A stretch of 64,000 nt of DNA from a virus. This document shows, piece after piece, positions 1 to 9,086 of the stretch. The stretch lies in the IMG/VR virus record IMGVR_UViG_3300035150_000015, positions 40,444 through 104,443 of that record; one strand, 5' to 3'. A program made the position numbers and the translations under genes. The notes under the pieces were generated by a model, which was not told where the DNA came from, made no database searches, and saw only the letters and a list, made by a program, of their open reading frames with translations. Each line of letters opens with the position of its first letter. The first letter of the stretch is position 1.

Positions 1-133
1 GCAACCCACCGATTTCCCAATCACGCTCCTCGGAACACTTCGCGCATAGCCGCCAGGATCGCTTCTGTGTGGCCGTGGTAGAACCCACCGTACGATCATC
101 CAGTTCTACCTCGCAGATACAGCAGGTCAGCAT
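1..133 (-). CDS. Partial small zinc-finger-like protein (runs off window start)
   Basis: ATG at 133 overlaps the LRR gene stop. Hand translation MLTCCICEVELDDR...RLCAKCSEERDWEIGGL is open to the window edge, with two CxxC pairs. Confidence 0.35.
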   Translation of the reverse strand, partial: MLTCCICEVELDDRTVGSTTATQKRSWRLCAKCSEERDWEIGGL

Positions 134-858
134 GAGCAACTCCCAGTGATGGTGCAGGTCCAACTATGTGCATTGACAAGCGAGCAGTACGCAGGACATC
201 CTGTCCCAACACTCGGAGCGGCATTCGTCCCATGAATCTGCAGCGTGCCGGCGCGCGGGTTGGCGGTCACCGTCGCAAGCAGGTCTACCAACACATCGTC
301 AACGACGGATTCCGACCAGCCATTGTTGTAGCAATACAAATTCTGTAGCTCCGTCCACGTCGACGGAATCGTCAGCGACGCAAGCGCGTTGTCGTAGCAG
401 TACAGTGTTTTCATCGCCGTCCACTCAGGTGGTAACGTCAGCGACGTGAGCGCGTTGCCTACACACGACAGATTTGTCATCGCCGTCCACTCAGGTGGTA
501 ACGTCAGCGACGTGAGCGCGTTGTAGTAGCAACGCAGAACCTTCATCGCAGTCCATTCCGGCGGGAGCGTCAGTGATGTGAGCAAGCACGAATAGCAAAA
601 CAAGACTGTCAGCGTCTCGCCGCCCTCGATCCAAATCGAGTGCCCCGCGACGCCGTCCGTGTACGTGTGTGCTGAGACTTGGAGCGCCCCGGTCTTGTCC
701 GTAGTCAATCCGTCCCCCCAGTGAATCGTGATCTGCGCGGAACTACTGGTGGTCAGCGTAACGGTGTTGTTCGTGCCGCTGGTACGCATCGTCTCGGGCA
801 CAGTGACAGCTAGGATCCTTCGAGCTTGGACTCCGAGCCGTCTATAAATCCCAGGCAT
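127..858 (-). CDS. Leucine-rich repeat (LRR) protein with N-terminal PKD-like segment
   Basis: 22-aa repeats LTSLTLPPEWTAMxxLxCxxNA; N-terminal IHWGDG...HTY motif resembles PKD/Ig domains. Confidence 0.7.
   Translation of the reverse strand: MPGIYRRLGVQARRILAVTVPETMRTSGTNNTVTLTTSSSAQITIHWGDGLTTDKTGALQVSAHTYTDGVAGHSIWIEGGETLTVLFCYSCLLTSLTLPPEWTAMKVLRCYYNALTSLTLPPEWTAMTNLSCVGNALTSLTLPPEWTAMKTLYCYDNALASLTIPSTWTELQNLYCYNNGWSESVVDDVLVDLLATVTANPRAGTLQIHGTNAAPSVGTGCPAYCSLVNAHSWTCTITGSCSC
345..590 (-). repeat. 66-nt tandem coding repeats (about 4 LRR units)
   Basis: An identical 47-nt block occurs at 411-457 and 477-523, with degenerate copies on both sides. Confidence 0.85.
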
Positions 859-870
859 ATCAGACTTTTT

Positions 871-1143
871 TCAGTAGAGAACCACTACCCCAGTAGCACT
901 CGAACCGGCCCCAATTGACTTAGCTTGAATATCCCAAATGAAGCCATCTGGACAGGCAGGAAGCGTAACTGAAGAATCGTCATACCGAACTACATCCAGT
1001 GTGCCCCCACCCATTACAGCGATGGCCCGACTCAAACGAGACTTGTCTTGAGGGTCTGACGTCTGGATGTTCAGGGCTACACCATCTGCCTTAAGGATAT
1101 AGTCGAGAGCACTGTAGATGTGTGGGGAGCCAGGGATTCCCAT
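871..1143 (-). CDS. Hypothetical small protein (probable virion component)
   Basis: ATG at 1143 with GAGG SD; the longer 1314 start overlaps the upstream gene. Confidence 0.55.
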   Translation of the reverse strand: MGIPGSPHIYSALDYILKADGVALNIQTSDPQDKSRLSRAIAVMGGGTLDVVRYDDSSVTLPACPDGFIWDIQAKSIGAGSSATGVVVLY

Positions 1144-1150
1144 GATGACC

Positions 1151-1813
1151 TCAAAGTGGTAGGTAGGAAGTGAAACTTGCTGAGAAAGTAGCAGTGCTGC
1201 TATCCCCTCGAACCAGGAAACTGTCAATAGCACCATCAACAAACTGCATCTGAGACAGAGTGCTGGACCCGGCATCCAAAAGGACCTCCGCCCCACCCTC
1301 ATCCAATGCCACATACAAGTCCGTAATGGGCTCGTGGTTGTGGATGGTCAAATCCTGGGTGCGGAACGGCAGCAAGAGTTGCAAAGAGTTACCCACCGTG
1401 GTCCCAGAAGGGGCAGTTCCCCCAATTAAAACTCGGCTGTCCCCTCGGAGAGCACTCTCCGGGAGAATCAGACAAGGGGAGCTGGCGGTACCAGGTGTAC
1501 CCGAATAGTCTACCGGCACGAACTTTAGCCAGAACTGCTTGCTGTCTTCGATTCCAGTGGGGGTGAAAAACGTCTGAGGGTTGAATACCACTCGAATATG
1601 ATTGGGGTTGTTGAGAGCATTGAGCTTGTTCCGGTCAACAGCGGGGTCCAAGTAGCCAGATGAAATGTCCGCTGTCAAAATTGTAGTGAAAGTGGCATCA
1701 AAATTCGTTGCCGCCTGGAGTCGATACCCCTTCACGCTCACTTGCTTGGGGATCAAAAGGTCTATGATATTCGGCCTGCGCCGAACAACATTGAATGGTC
1801 TAGTAGTACTCAT
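1151..1813 (-). CDS. Hypothetical beta-rich protein, probable virion structural protein
   Basis: Thr/Ser/Gly-rich 220-aa ORF preceded by a motif-B site (1844-1855). Confidence 0.55.
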   Translation of the reverse strand: MSTTRPFNVVRRRPNIIDLLIPKQVSVKGYRLQAATNFDATFTTILTADISSGYLDPAVDRNKLNALNNPNHIRVVFNPQTFFTPTGIEDSKQFWLKFVPVDYSGTPGTASSPCLILPESALRGDSRVLIGGTAPSGTTVGNSLQLLLPFRTQDLTIHNHEPITDLYVALDEGGAEVLLDAGSSTLSQMQFVDGAIDSFLVRGDSSTATFSASFTSYLPL

Positions 1814-2232
1814 GACGCAGCTCCCTGACGCTTCTCCTTAGTCACAAGAGGATCATAGGTACGGGCCGAAGCCTCACCCTTGGTGCTTCGGACGTGCTCC
1901 TGGACTTCTCTCCAATTATCGGCCTCCTGGCCTCCGTAGTTAGGCACCAATTTGTTCTTCTGGACGTGGTCCCTTTCCCGTTGAGCCATTTGTTCAGACC
2001 GCGCCCTACGATACTTGTTTTCCCGCATGGCCTTTGTCGCCCACCCCCCAGAAGGTCCGTCCTTAAGCACGAAACCTATCTGTCCCGCGTCAAAAATCAA
2101 CTCCAATACAGTCCCGTCGTCGGCCTTGACTTCTTGTTCGCCCGACCGGACGGCCTCATACTCAGCAAACTTCAACCGCTTGGTCAAAATGTCTCCTGAT
2201 TTTGAGTTACGAAAAGTGTAGGTAGGCATCAT
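1810..2232 (-). CDS. FmdB-like protein with degenerate (Cys-less) zinc ribbon
   Basis: Starts MMPTYTFRNSKSG, resembling the FmdB MPxYxYxCxxCG start without cysteines; ATG is coupled to the upstream TGA. Confidence 0.5.
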   Translation of the reverse strand: MMPTYTFRNSKSGDILTKRLKFAEYEAVRSGEQEVKADDGTVLELIFDAGQIGFVLKDGPSGGWATKAMRENKYRRARSEQMAQRERDHVQKNKLVPNYGGQEADNWREVQEHVRSTKGEASARTYDPLVTKEKRQGAAS

Positions 2233-3062
2233 TTCCTCTTTGTTTTCATCTTTTTCTTGGGGATGGTCCAAGATCTAGTGGTAGCCAAAACGGCGGCCAC
2301 ATGCTTACAGACCGGATGGATCCTCTCGGGATCTCGAATGTCTGGGGGAGAGGCTGTCCCTCTCGGCTTCCCCAGCTGATAGCTTTTTTCCTTGGCATGG
2401 TATTCGGGCCCCTGCCATCTCCAGGCCGGACAAGAACAACTAAGCTCCAAATCCAATTTGGAGAATTTGGTCACATTGCCAGACCTACGTGCCTTGATAC
2501 TCACTACCTTAGGGCCGTTCCCACAGTCTACACTGAATAGCCACCTGAGATTCTTGATATCCGCTCTCTTGAGAGTAGCCTGGCATTTCTTGGCCCTCTG
2601 CTGGAACTTGTGACTCAGGTTCTTCAGAATCTCCTCTGCCGTGGCCGCTACCCTAACACCGTCCGTGGGTCGAATAAGCCTCACAGGAGCGTCCTTGAGC
2701 TCCCAGATAGCCGCTACAACGAAAGCAATGTTGCTGGGTCGACGGTAAGGAAGATTGTCTGTAGGCTTACCCAAACCGAAGTAACTGGGGTTTGCATCGG
2801 AGTGGTCGATCTGATCCGGAATGGACTGGTCCTTGGGCATGTCTCTAGGGTTCCGAATCCGGTAGATTGACTCATCTCGAGCCGGGGAACGAGAGGTACC
2901 ATTGTCATCCAGAGGCTTGACAAAGGTCTTTTCTCCAGGGATAGATTCGCCAAGAGGGAGACCTTTGCCCGCAGGAGGCCCTTCGGGGAGCTCCGCTACA
3001 GCCACGGGGGCCCTCGCTCTGCCCTCTCCATAGGGCGGACGAGACACAAGAGGCTCCCTCAC
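2229..3062 (-). CDS. SWIM zinc-finger protein
   Basis: CSC...CKH motif (CSCPAWRWQG...VCKHVAAV); likely start is GTG at 3005. Confidence 0.65.
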   Translation of the reverse strand: MREPLVSRPPYGEGRARAPVAVAELPEGPPAGKGLPLGESIPGEKTFVKPLDDNGTSRSPARDESIYRIRNPRDMPKDQSIPDQIDHSDANPSYFGLGKPTDNLPYRRPSNIAFVVAAIWELKDAPVRLIRPTDGVRVAATAEEILKNLSHKFQQRAKKCQATLKRADIKNLRWLFSVDCGNGPKVVSIKARRSGNVTKFSKLDLELSCSCPAWRWQGPEYHAKEKSYQLGKPRGTASPPDIRDPERIHPVCKHVAAVLATTRSWTIPKKKMKTKRK

Positions 3063-5116
3063 GCCTTCCAGGAAGCCTCTCGAAGCTGATCTTTCACGGA
3101 ATACGGAAGGCCATATGTCCCGAAGTCAGTTTCTGCTACCAGGTCCTTGTTATCCACGAATGCCTTAATGGCCTTCTTCTTATCCACTACCACAGCACCA
3201 CCACGGTTTTTCACGATTCCTCGCTTAATCAGAGCCGCAATGTGGATGTTGTGGACCCCGTATTCCCCGAGACCGGCTCTCTGGAAGTACTGGCCTCGAG
3301 CCACGGGCTTGAGAGTCATCATGATGGCCAGAGCTCGAAGCTCATCCTTGGAGATCTTGGCCGAAGGGGTGATGTTCTTGACTTTCTCAAGCTTCTCAGC
3401 CGTCTCGGCCTCTTCCTTTTGCTTCCTCTCCACGTACTTCTTGGCCTCAGGGAGCACCTTACTGGTGACCTTGGATGGCACCTCCGACTCTCTAACCGCC
3501 TCGAAGTTGCGGAGGTCATAGGAGTTCAAAGAGGTAAGCTTGGGCTTGCCTCGAGTCCGGCCAGAGGAGCCAACCTCCATGCTCATACACCGATAACCAC
3601 CATTCTTCAAGGTTTCGAACGGGTAGTAATAGATAGTGCTAGGGTCATAACTTAAGCTGGACTGCCACCTGTACCAAGCCCCAACCCCAAAAGCCTTCTT
3701 GATGTTGCTTCCGTCTTCGTCAACATGGTCCTTCCATTTCTTGGCGTCCTCGGGACTCATGTTGCGAGTTGGGTCGGCCGGTTTTCCCTTCTCGAACTTG
3801 GATTCCTTGACTTCCTCTTCCTCAGAGGCGCCCTTGAACTTGTCCTCGTACTTGTCAGTATTGGACTTCCACTTCTTGGCGTCCTCGGGACTCATGTTGC
3901 GAGTTGGATCAGCTGGTTTACCCTCCTCGAAACGAGACTCCTTGGTTTCCTCTTCCTCAGAAGCCATCTTGCCAAGATTTCTCTGGAACATCCGACCAGC
4001 TGACATGAGAAAATTGACTGCTGAAACGAAGTTATCCTTCTGAGGGGCATTCTTTCCAGGATCTCTCTCTAGAAGCTTGAAAGAATGCTCCATCTCCTTT
4101 AGCTGGTCCTTAGTGGTATCCAACATGCGTTCCATAGCCCGCATGGGGTCCACTGCAATCTTGTCCCCAGCCATCACCGGAACCATGTCCTCCGGGCTCA
4201 TACGCTGGGCCATGCGGGCCGCCTGCATGACATCACGAACCAGAGCCCGGGTCTTCTGCAAGGCCCCCTCATCACCCATCTGAGCCAAGAGATTGCCAAT
4301 GCCGTCCACAATCCCAGTTAGCTGTAAAAGAGCCGCCCTCCAACGGCCTACCCCGGCACTCCGAGCTACCATCTTCATAGCAGACAGCATCTCTTCCACC
4401 AAGATGTCCGGAGAAACAACCTCTTCAGCCGCCTCTTTTAGAGACCCCTCAGACAACAACTCCTGAACCATCGAATCCGCAACCAACCTCCTCAAAAGAC
4501 CAGCCAAACGAACCCGACTGAGCTTCTGCTCGGGGGTAGCCGAAGCCAGGGCCGACGCAATCCGATCCAACATATCTGATGGGTCAAAATCGTCAGAAGC
4601 CGTCTTCACACCGGCCTCCAGTTCGGTAATGAGGCCTAGAACCTCCGTTGTTGGGAGAGACCCGGCCTCACGAGTCTTCTTGGCCAGTTCCTGGATGGCT
4701 TCGGTTGCTTTCTTAGGATTCATGGTAATAGGCTCCGTCCCAGAGCAAGCTGGGCCTTGTGGTTCTGAACGGCGGTGGACTGGTCGAATACGGACCTCTT
4801 CGAGGACCTTCTCGAGCTGTTGGACTTTTTCCGGCCTGAGTTCCTGCTTAAGCTCTTCGTAATCCAACTTCCCAGCAGCCAAAGCCACTGCCTGCAGAGA
4901 CTTCTCAAGCTTAAAAGCAGCGGCTGGGATACCCTTGATGAGATGCCCGGCTTCCTCAAAGAAGTGGTCCTTCTTGGGGGACTTGTCGATGAGCTTCACA
5001 GCATCGTTGATATAGCGGACCAGCTGATCACACCGAAGTCGAGCATCTCCGAGCTCCTCGATCAGGTACAGGGTAACACTAGCAGACTTTTGGGCAGAGC
5101 TAGAGGGTTTGGCCAT
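3059..5116 (-). CDS. Large hypothetical protein, probable internal head protein
   Basis: ATG at 5116; helical and charged; internal 45-aa duplication; seven [KR]-x-A-[SA] motifs. Confidence 0.55.
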   Translation of the reverse strand: MAKPSSSAQKSASVTLYLIEELGDARLRCDQLVRYINDAVKLIDKSPKKDHFFEEAGHLIKGIPAAAFKLEKSLQAVALAAGKLDYEELKQELRPEKVQQLEKVLEEVRIRPVHRRSEPQGPACSGTEPITMNPKKATEAIQELAKKTREAGSLPTTEVLGLITELEAGVKTASDDFDPSDMLDRIASALASATPEQKLSRVRLAGLLRRLVADSMVQELLSEGSLKEAAEEVVSPDILVEEMLSAMKMVARSAGVGRWRAALLQLTGIVDGIGNLLAQMGDEGALQKTRALVRDVMQAARMAQRMSPEDMVPVMAGDKIAVDPMRAMERMLDTTKDQLKEMEHSFKLLERDPGKNAPQKDNFVSAVNFLMSAGRMFQRNLGKMASEEEETKESRFEEGKPADPTRNMSPEDAKKWKSNTDKYEDKFKGASEEEEVKESKFEKGKPADPTRNMSPEDAKKWKDHVDEDGSNIKKAFGVGAWYRWQSSLSYDPSTIYYYPFETLKNGGYRCMSMEVGSSGRTRGKPKLTSLNSYDLRNFEAVRESEVPSKVTSKVLPEAKKYVERKQKEEAETAEKLEKVKNITPSAKISKDELRALAIMMTLKPVARGQYFQRAGLGEYGVHNIHIAALIKRGIVKNRGGAVVVDKKKAIKAFVDNKDLVAETDFGTYGLPYSVKDQLREASWKA
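3734..3961 (-). repeat. 135-nt internal tandem duplication
   Basis: SEEEExKESxFExGKPADPTRNMSPEDAKKWK occurs twice; the ttggcgtcct core is at 3741 and 3876. Confidence 0.9.
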
Positions 5117-5167
5117 GTGTGCCTTTTCCGTTTCACCGAAGAAGGCACACAAGAAGAAGCGCCAAAC

Positions 5168-6244
5168 TCATCCAGAAAAGGCTTCCGGGTATTCGGCTAC
5201 CAACTGAGACTTGATAGTGGCATCAGTCTCGGCTGCTGCCACCGCCCGGATTACGTCCGGCCGGTCGTCATAGTCCGCAGCGATCCTAGCCATTTTCTTC
5301 TTAGGGGTGTCCGTGAACACATAATTTTCAGGGAAATCAGGACAGATGGCCTTTGCAATCGTACGACATGCCTCATCGGCTGCCTCAGAATCCTTAGCCT
5401 CGGGCACCAAAAGCCTCTGGCCCTTTTTCGGCCCATTGGTAGTATTGAAGCGGATGCCCTCGCTCTCAATGACTGACTGAGCAGCTTCTCCCTCTCCTTC
5501 GGGGACCGAAACCTCAGTTCCAGCCACAACGGAAGGCTTCAGCATAACCCCTTCGGTCTCCTTGACTGAAGAAGGCTTCACCCGGCCAACAACTACAGGC
5601 GCATCCTCAGAAACATGGGTTGCCCTGACTGCCTCGATTCTAGCTAGATAGGTTTCCCTTTCCTCGGGGCCCAAGGTAGCCAAAAACTCCTCCCGGCTCA
5701 TCCCCGCTCCAGCGTCAATACTAACATTTTCTGCCTTAGAAATGGCTGCTTGGGGGGTGACCTCTCCCAAGTCTGTCTTCTGCTTGGACGGAGTCTTGAG
5801 CTTGCGAACAACGGTGCCCTCCTGATCTTCAGCCTTAATGATTCGGCGCCCTCGAGCATTCTGTTCTGCAGCAAACTTGTTACGGTCAGCAACGGTACTC
5901 ACTTCCCGTTCCTCGTCCGCCACTGTCACAGATCCCACTTCCTCACGAGGCTCCATCGGATCGCCGCCAACAGCTTTCCGAATCTTGATAGGAGCTTGTG
6001 TTGGGACATGGGTGCTATTATCCTCAGGATCGTACAGGTCCGACAAAACCAGCCATCCCATCCGCACGGCTCCTCGAACCGTAGGGACGGAAAAAGGCTC
6101 GTATCCGTCGTAATACACCTTTTGTCCGTCAAACTCGATTTCCGCACCAACTGGAATCTTGATTCCAGTTGACCCCAAGGTGAACTCTTTCGTGGCAGTG
6201 AACTTCTGAGGGTGGCCAGGCTTATACTGAATCTGAGTACTCAT
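5168..6244 (-). CDS. Hypothetical protein
   Basis: 358-aa ORF with AAGGA SD, co-oriented with neighbours. Confidence 0.7.
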   Translation of the reverse strand: MSTQIQYKPGHPQKFTATKEFTLGSTGIKIPVGAEIEFDGQKVYYDGYEPFSVPTVRGAVRMGWLVLSDLYDPEDNSTHVPTQAPIKIRKAVGGDPMEPREEVGSVTVADEEREVSTVADRNKFAAEQNARGRRIIKAEDQEGTVVRKLKTPSKQKTDLGEVTPQAAISKAENVSIDAGAGMSREEFLATLGPEERETYLARIEAVRATHVSEDAPVVVGRVKPSSVKETEGVMLKPSVVAGTEVSVPEGEGEAAQSVIESEGIRFNTTNGPKKGQRLLVPEAKDSEAADEACRTIAKAICPDFPENYVFTDTPKKKMARIAADYDDRPDVIRAVAAAETDATIKSQLVAEYPEAFSG

Positions 6245-6320
6245 TGTGTATACATCCTTGTGGTAATCTCAGGGGAAAGTATTCCCCTACAATAGATGAA
6301 AACACAAATAGAGTATGACC

Positions 6321-7040
6321 TCAGAATCTAACAAGCCGGGAAATCGCTCGAAGCAAATCTCGCAAGACTTTGATGGTCTTATTAGCAGTAACACTCAAGC
6401 TAGTCTTCAAAAGGTCTACTTCTTGCCCGATAACAGTTTTAATGTCAACGTAATCAGAGAAGGTCACTCCCTCCTTAAGCTTCTTGTCGAATTTCCCCAG
6501 AGCCTCTGCGAGATCAATATCGAAGTCCAAGCGACCGGCATCCCATGCCCTAATAGCACGTTTAATAGCCCTGGAAACATCATCTACTGTTCGAGGTTTT
6601 CCGATAAACTCTGCGTGTTTCTCGAACTTACTCTCCATCTCTTCGAGGTAGTCGTAGTATTTGGGGTCCTCGGTCAAGTGATCCATGGCAATCTCTAGAG
6701 CCAAATCTGGATCGTCCGTGTGCTCCATCTCGACCTTCTTACCCTTGGCCAGTTGTTCAGGGTCGAAGTCCTTGGGCTGCTTTTTATCGGCTTGGCCTCC
6801 AGGAACCTTATCCTTTCGGGCTTCCTTGGTCTCGAAATATTCTACCTCATGAAGGCGCTTTTCCGCCTTCCCCTTCTCAGAGAAGCACCCGCCGCTCCAA
6901 TCAGGGTTGTCCGGGGAACGCACACAGTACTCCCCCTTCTCTTTGCGGATTACCGAGTTCTTCTCTTCCTCCGCCTTCAGATACCGGGCTACAACCCTAC
7001 GAGAAAGCAAAGCCGCCTGAAAGTTTCCCAAAGTTTCCAT
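6321..7040 (-). CDS. DUF5661-like domain protein (probable head protein)
   Basis: FDPEQLAKGKKVEMEHTDDPDLALEIAMDHLTEDPKYY matches the recalled DUF5661 signature; N-terminal RRVVARY motif. Confidence 0.6.
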   Translation of the reverse strand: METLGNFQAALLSRRVVARYLKAEEEKNSVIRKEKGEYCVRSPDNPDWSGGCFSEKGKAEKRLHEVEYFETKEARKDKVPGGQADKKQPKDFDPEQLAKGKKVEMEHTDDPDLALEIAMDHLTEDPKYYDYLEEMESKFEKHAEFIGKPRTVDDVSRAIKRAIRAWDAGRLDFDIDLAEALGKFDKKLKEGVTFSDYVDIKTVIGQEVDLLKTSLSVTANKTIKVLRDLLRAISRLVRF

Positions 7041-7063
7041 GACCAAGATTGGACATAGAAAAA

Positions 7064-7723
7064 CTAGGAGGGAAGACTCCAGTCCAAGGGTTCCTTGCCC
7101 ATTGCCTTCAAAGCTTCGTTGGTGACCGAAAATGGCCTAGACCCGAAAAAACCACGGTGGGCCGAAAGTGGAGACGGGTGTGCACTCTCCACTACCATGT
7201 GTCGTTGACTGTCCACCAAAGAGGACTTCTTGCGAGCATCTGCCCCCCAAAGAATGAACACCAGTGGGTCTTCTCTAGCACTCAAGACCTCGATTACCCG
7301 ATTCGTGAATATCTCCCACCCCTTATCCTCATGGGACTTGGGTTCATGGGCTCTAACCGTGAGGATGGAGTTCAGAAGGAAGACCCCCTTCTCAGCCCAA
7401 GCCTCCAAACATCCGTGTTTTGGGGGCTTGACTCCCACGTCGTCCTCCAGCTCCCTGTAAATGTTCTTCAGACTCCTGGGGATGGGTACCCCCGGGAGCA
7501 CCGAAAAGCACAAGCCATGGGCCTGTCCAGCGCCAGGATAAGGGTCCTGACCCAACACCACAACCTTTACCTGGTCGTAGGGAACCTCAAAGGCCCGGAA
7601 TACATTCCCAGCGGCCGGGAAAATGGCGTTGGCCTTCCGTTCTTCCCGAACAAACTCGGCCAACTGACGAAAGTAAGGCTTCTGGAACTCTTCAGCTAGA
7701 AGCCTTTTCCAAGACTCATGCAT
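7064..7723 (-). CDS. ung: Uracil-DNA glycosylase, family 1
   Basis: GQDPY water-activating loop, GLCFSV, LLNS, HPSPLS. Confidence 0.95.
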   Translation of the reverse strand: MHESWKRLLAEEFQKPYFRQLAEFVREERKANAIFPAAGNVFRAFEVPYDQVKVVVLGQDPYPGAGQAHGLCFSVLPGVPIPRSLKNIYRELEDDVGVKPPKHGCLEAWAEKGVFLLNSILTVRAHEPKSHEDKGWEIFTNRVIEVLSAREDPLVFILWGADARKKSSLVDSQRHMVVESAHPSPLSAHRGFFGSRPFSVTNEALKAMGKEPLDWSLPS

Positions 7724-7756
7724 ACTATAAGGTACACCAAACCCAATGGCATACAC

Positions 7757-8380
7757 TCACACACCCAGACGATACTTATTAGCAAATTTGTGGAACTCTT
7801 CGTTGAGACGCCAATTGTTGCCATTCAAGGCCCCAAAGGCAATGTGCCCCATCTCATGAGCAAAAGCGGTGCTTTCAACAGGAGTGTCGGCTTTCTCAAA
7901 AGCCACCCGACTACTACGCCCACTGGTAAGGCCAGCAAACTTAACCTTAGCGCCACTCATCCTCTCATGATCCAAGTAAGGACCCTCTTCGAATCGAACA
8001 AAGTTGTAGTCCTCGCTCAGAGCGCGATAGGCCTTGACGTACTTGTGGTCTACACCACCCTCAAGAACATTGGGCCACTTGGCCAACATATCCTCGATCA
8101 CCTGCTCACATTCCTTCTTAGTGACATTGTAACCGTTCCGGAACACACAAATCCTGTGAGCGGTCACGAAATCAATGCCCTTGTTGAAATCCCACCTCAT
8201 CCAGATACGAACCGGCCACAACATAGCTAGAAGGGCAGCTACAATCCACGTTATGACGAAAGCTTCGGCCCTGGTCCCAGGGTCAGCCTTCAGCTGGATG
8301 TAAGTGGCAATCCCAATACCGACTAGGCCAAAAAGCCCAAGAATTGAGTCTCTGAGACGAAAAATTGGGGGCTTGTTCAT
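7757..8380 (-). CDS. Membrane-anchored HExxH zinc metallopeptidase-like protein
   Basis: Two N-terminal hydrophobic helices; FAHEMGH motif. Confidence 0.55.
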   Translation of the reverse strand: MNKPPIFRLRDSILGLFGLVGIGIATYIQLKADPGTRAEAFVITWIVAALLAMLWPVRIWMRWDFNKGIDFVTAHRICVFRNGYNVTKKECEQVIEDMLAKWPNVLEGGVDHKYVKAYRALSEDYNFVRFEEGPYLDHERMSGAKVKFAGLTSGRSSRVAFEKADTPVESTAFAHEMGHIAFGALNGNNWRLNEEFHKFANKYRLGV

Positions 8381-8412
8381 CTGTAACCGCTCCTTACTAC
8401 AGGGGTGGGATT

Positions 8413-8424
8413 ACAAGAGGACTA
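8413..8424 (-). promoter_or_regulatory. Motif B (candidate late promoter) TAGTCCTCTTGT
   Basis: Identical to 9075-9086; intergenic, upstream of the 8380 start. Confidence 0.55.
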
Positions 8425-9060
8425 GATGAGCATCAAGTCCACATAGCCCTGACAATCAACCTCTACCAATGCCTCAGCTGTGTAAAAGGCCACCTGAAGA
8501 GTGGCAGTGGTTCCCCCCACGGAAAGGCGAAAGGCTGGGTTCCCTGCAGAGAAATCCCCCGAAAAGCAACTAGAGACGTTCGTGTATTGAGGCGTGGTCA
8601 AGACGCCCCCATTATTGGCTACTGTGAGTAAGCTCTCCTGAACGAAAACCCCTTGAACTGAAGTGGGATCCCTGAAAACACCGTAGGAAGACACGAACAA
8701 AGCTGTATTCGAAGGTAACTCTATGGCGACACCGGTAGAAACGGCCGTCGGACCGGTAGTGCTGCAAGTCCAGGGAACCCTCTGAAGAACCTTGGACTGA
8801 GTATTAACTGACCCTACCCAAGCCCCCAAAGGCTGAGGAAGAGCAACAGGCTTCCACGAAGACGAGGCACCTTCCCACGTCAAAACATCTCCATCAGCTG
8901 GGGCATCTGATGCCACAGTCCGACTCTGAAGAGTGGAAACTGCTTTCGGGGTCCACTTCAAACTGGCCTGGTCCCAAACCAGAACATACCCCTCTGAAGG
9001 AACACTTGTAGCAACTTCTCTGCCGCGTATCCCTGTAACAGTGCTGTCTGTGTCGCTCAT
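8422..9060 (-). CDS. Fibre-repeat virion protein
   Basis: Two GxVLxW....WxP repeats typical of phage fibre proteins. Confidence 0.55.
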   Translation of the reverse strand: MSDTDSTVTGIRGREVATSVPSEGYVLVWDQASLKWTPKAVSTLQSRTVASDAPADGDVLTWEGASSSWKPVALPQPLGAWVGSVNTQSKVLQRVPWTCSTTGPTAVSTGVAIELPSNTALFVSSYGVFRDPTSVQGVFVQESLLTVANNGGVLTTPQYTNVSSCFSGDFSAGNPAFRLSVGGTTATLQVAFYTAEALVEVDCQGYVDLMLI

Positions 9061-9074
9061 GCCAACGCAAATCT

Positions 9075-9086
9075 ACAAGAGGACTA
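9075..9086 (-). promoter_or_regulatory. Motif B (candidate late promoter) TAGTCCTCTTGT
   Basis: About 15 nt upstream of the ATG at 9060; identical to 8413-8424. Confidence 0.55.

Noticed and set aside
345-590. CRISPR array or DGR template/variable repeat
   Set aside because: The period is exactly 22 codons inside an ORF, differences are not adenine-specific, and no reverse transcriptase or cas operon is in the window.
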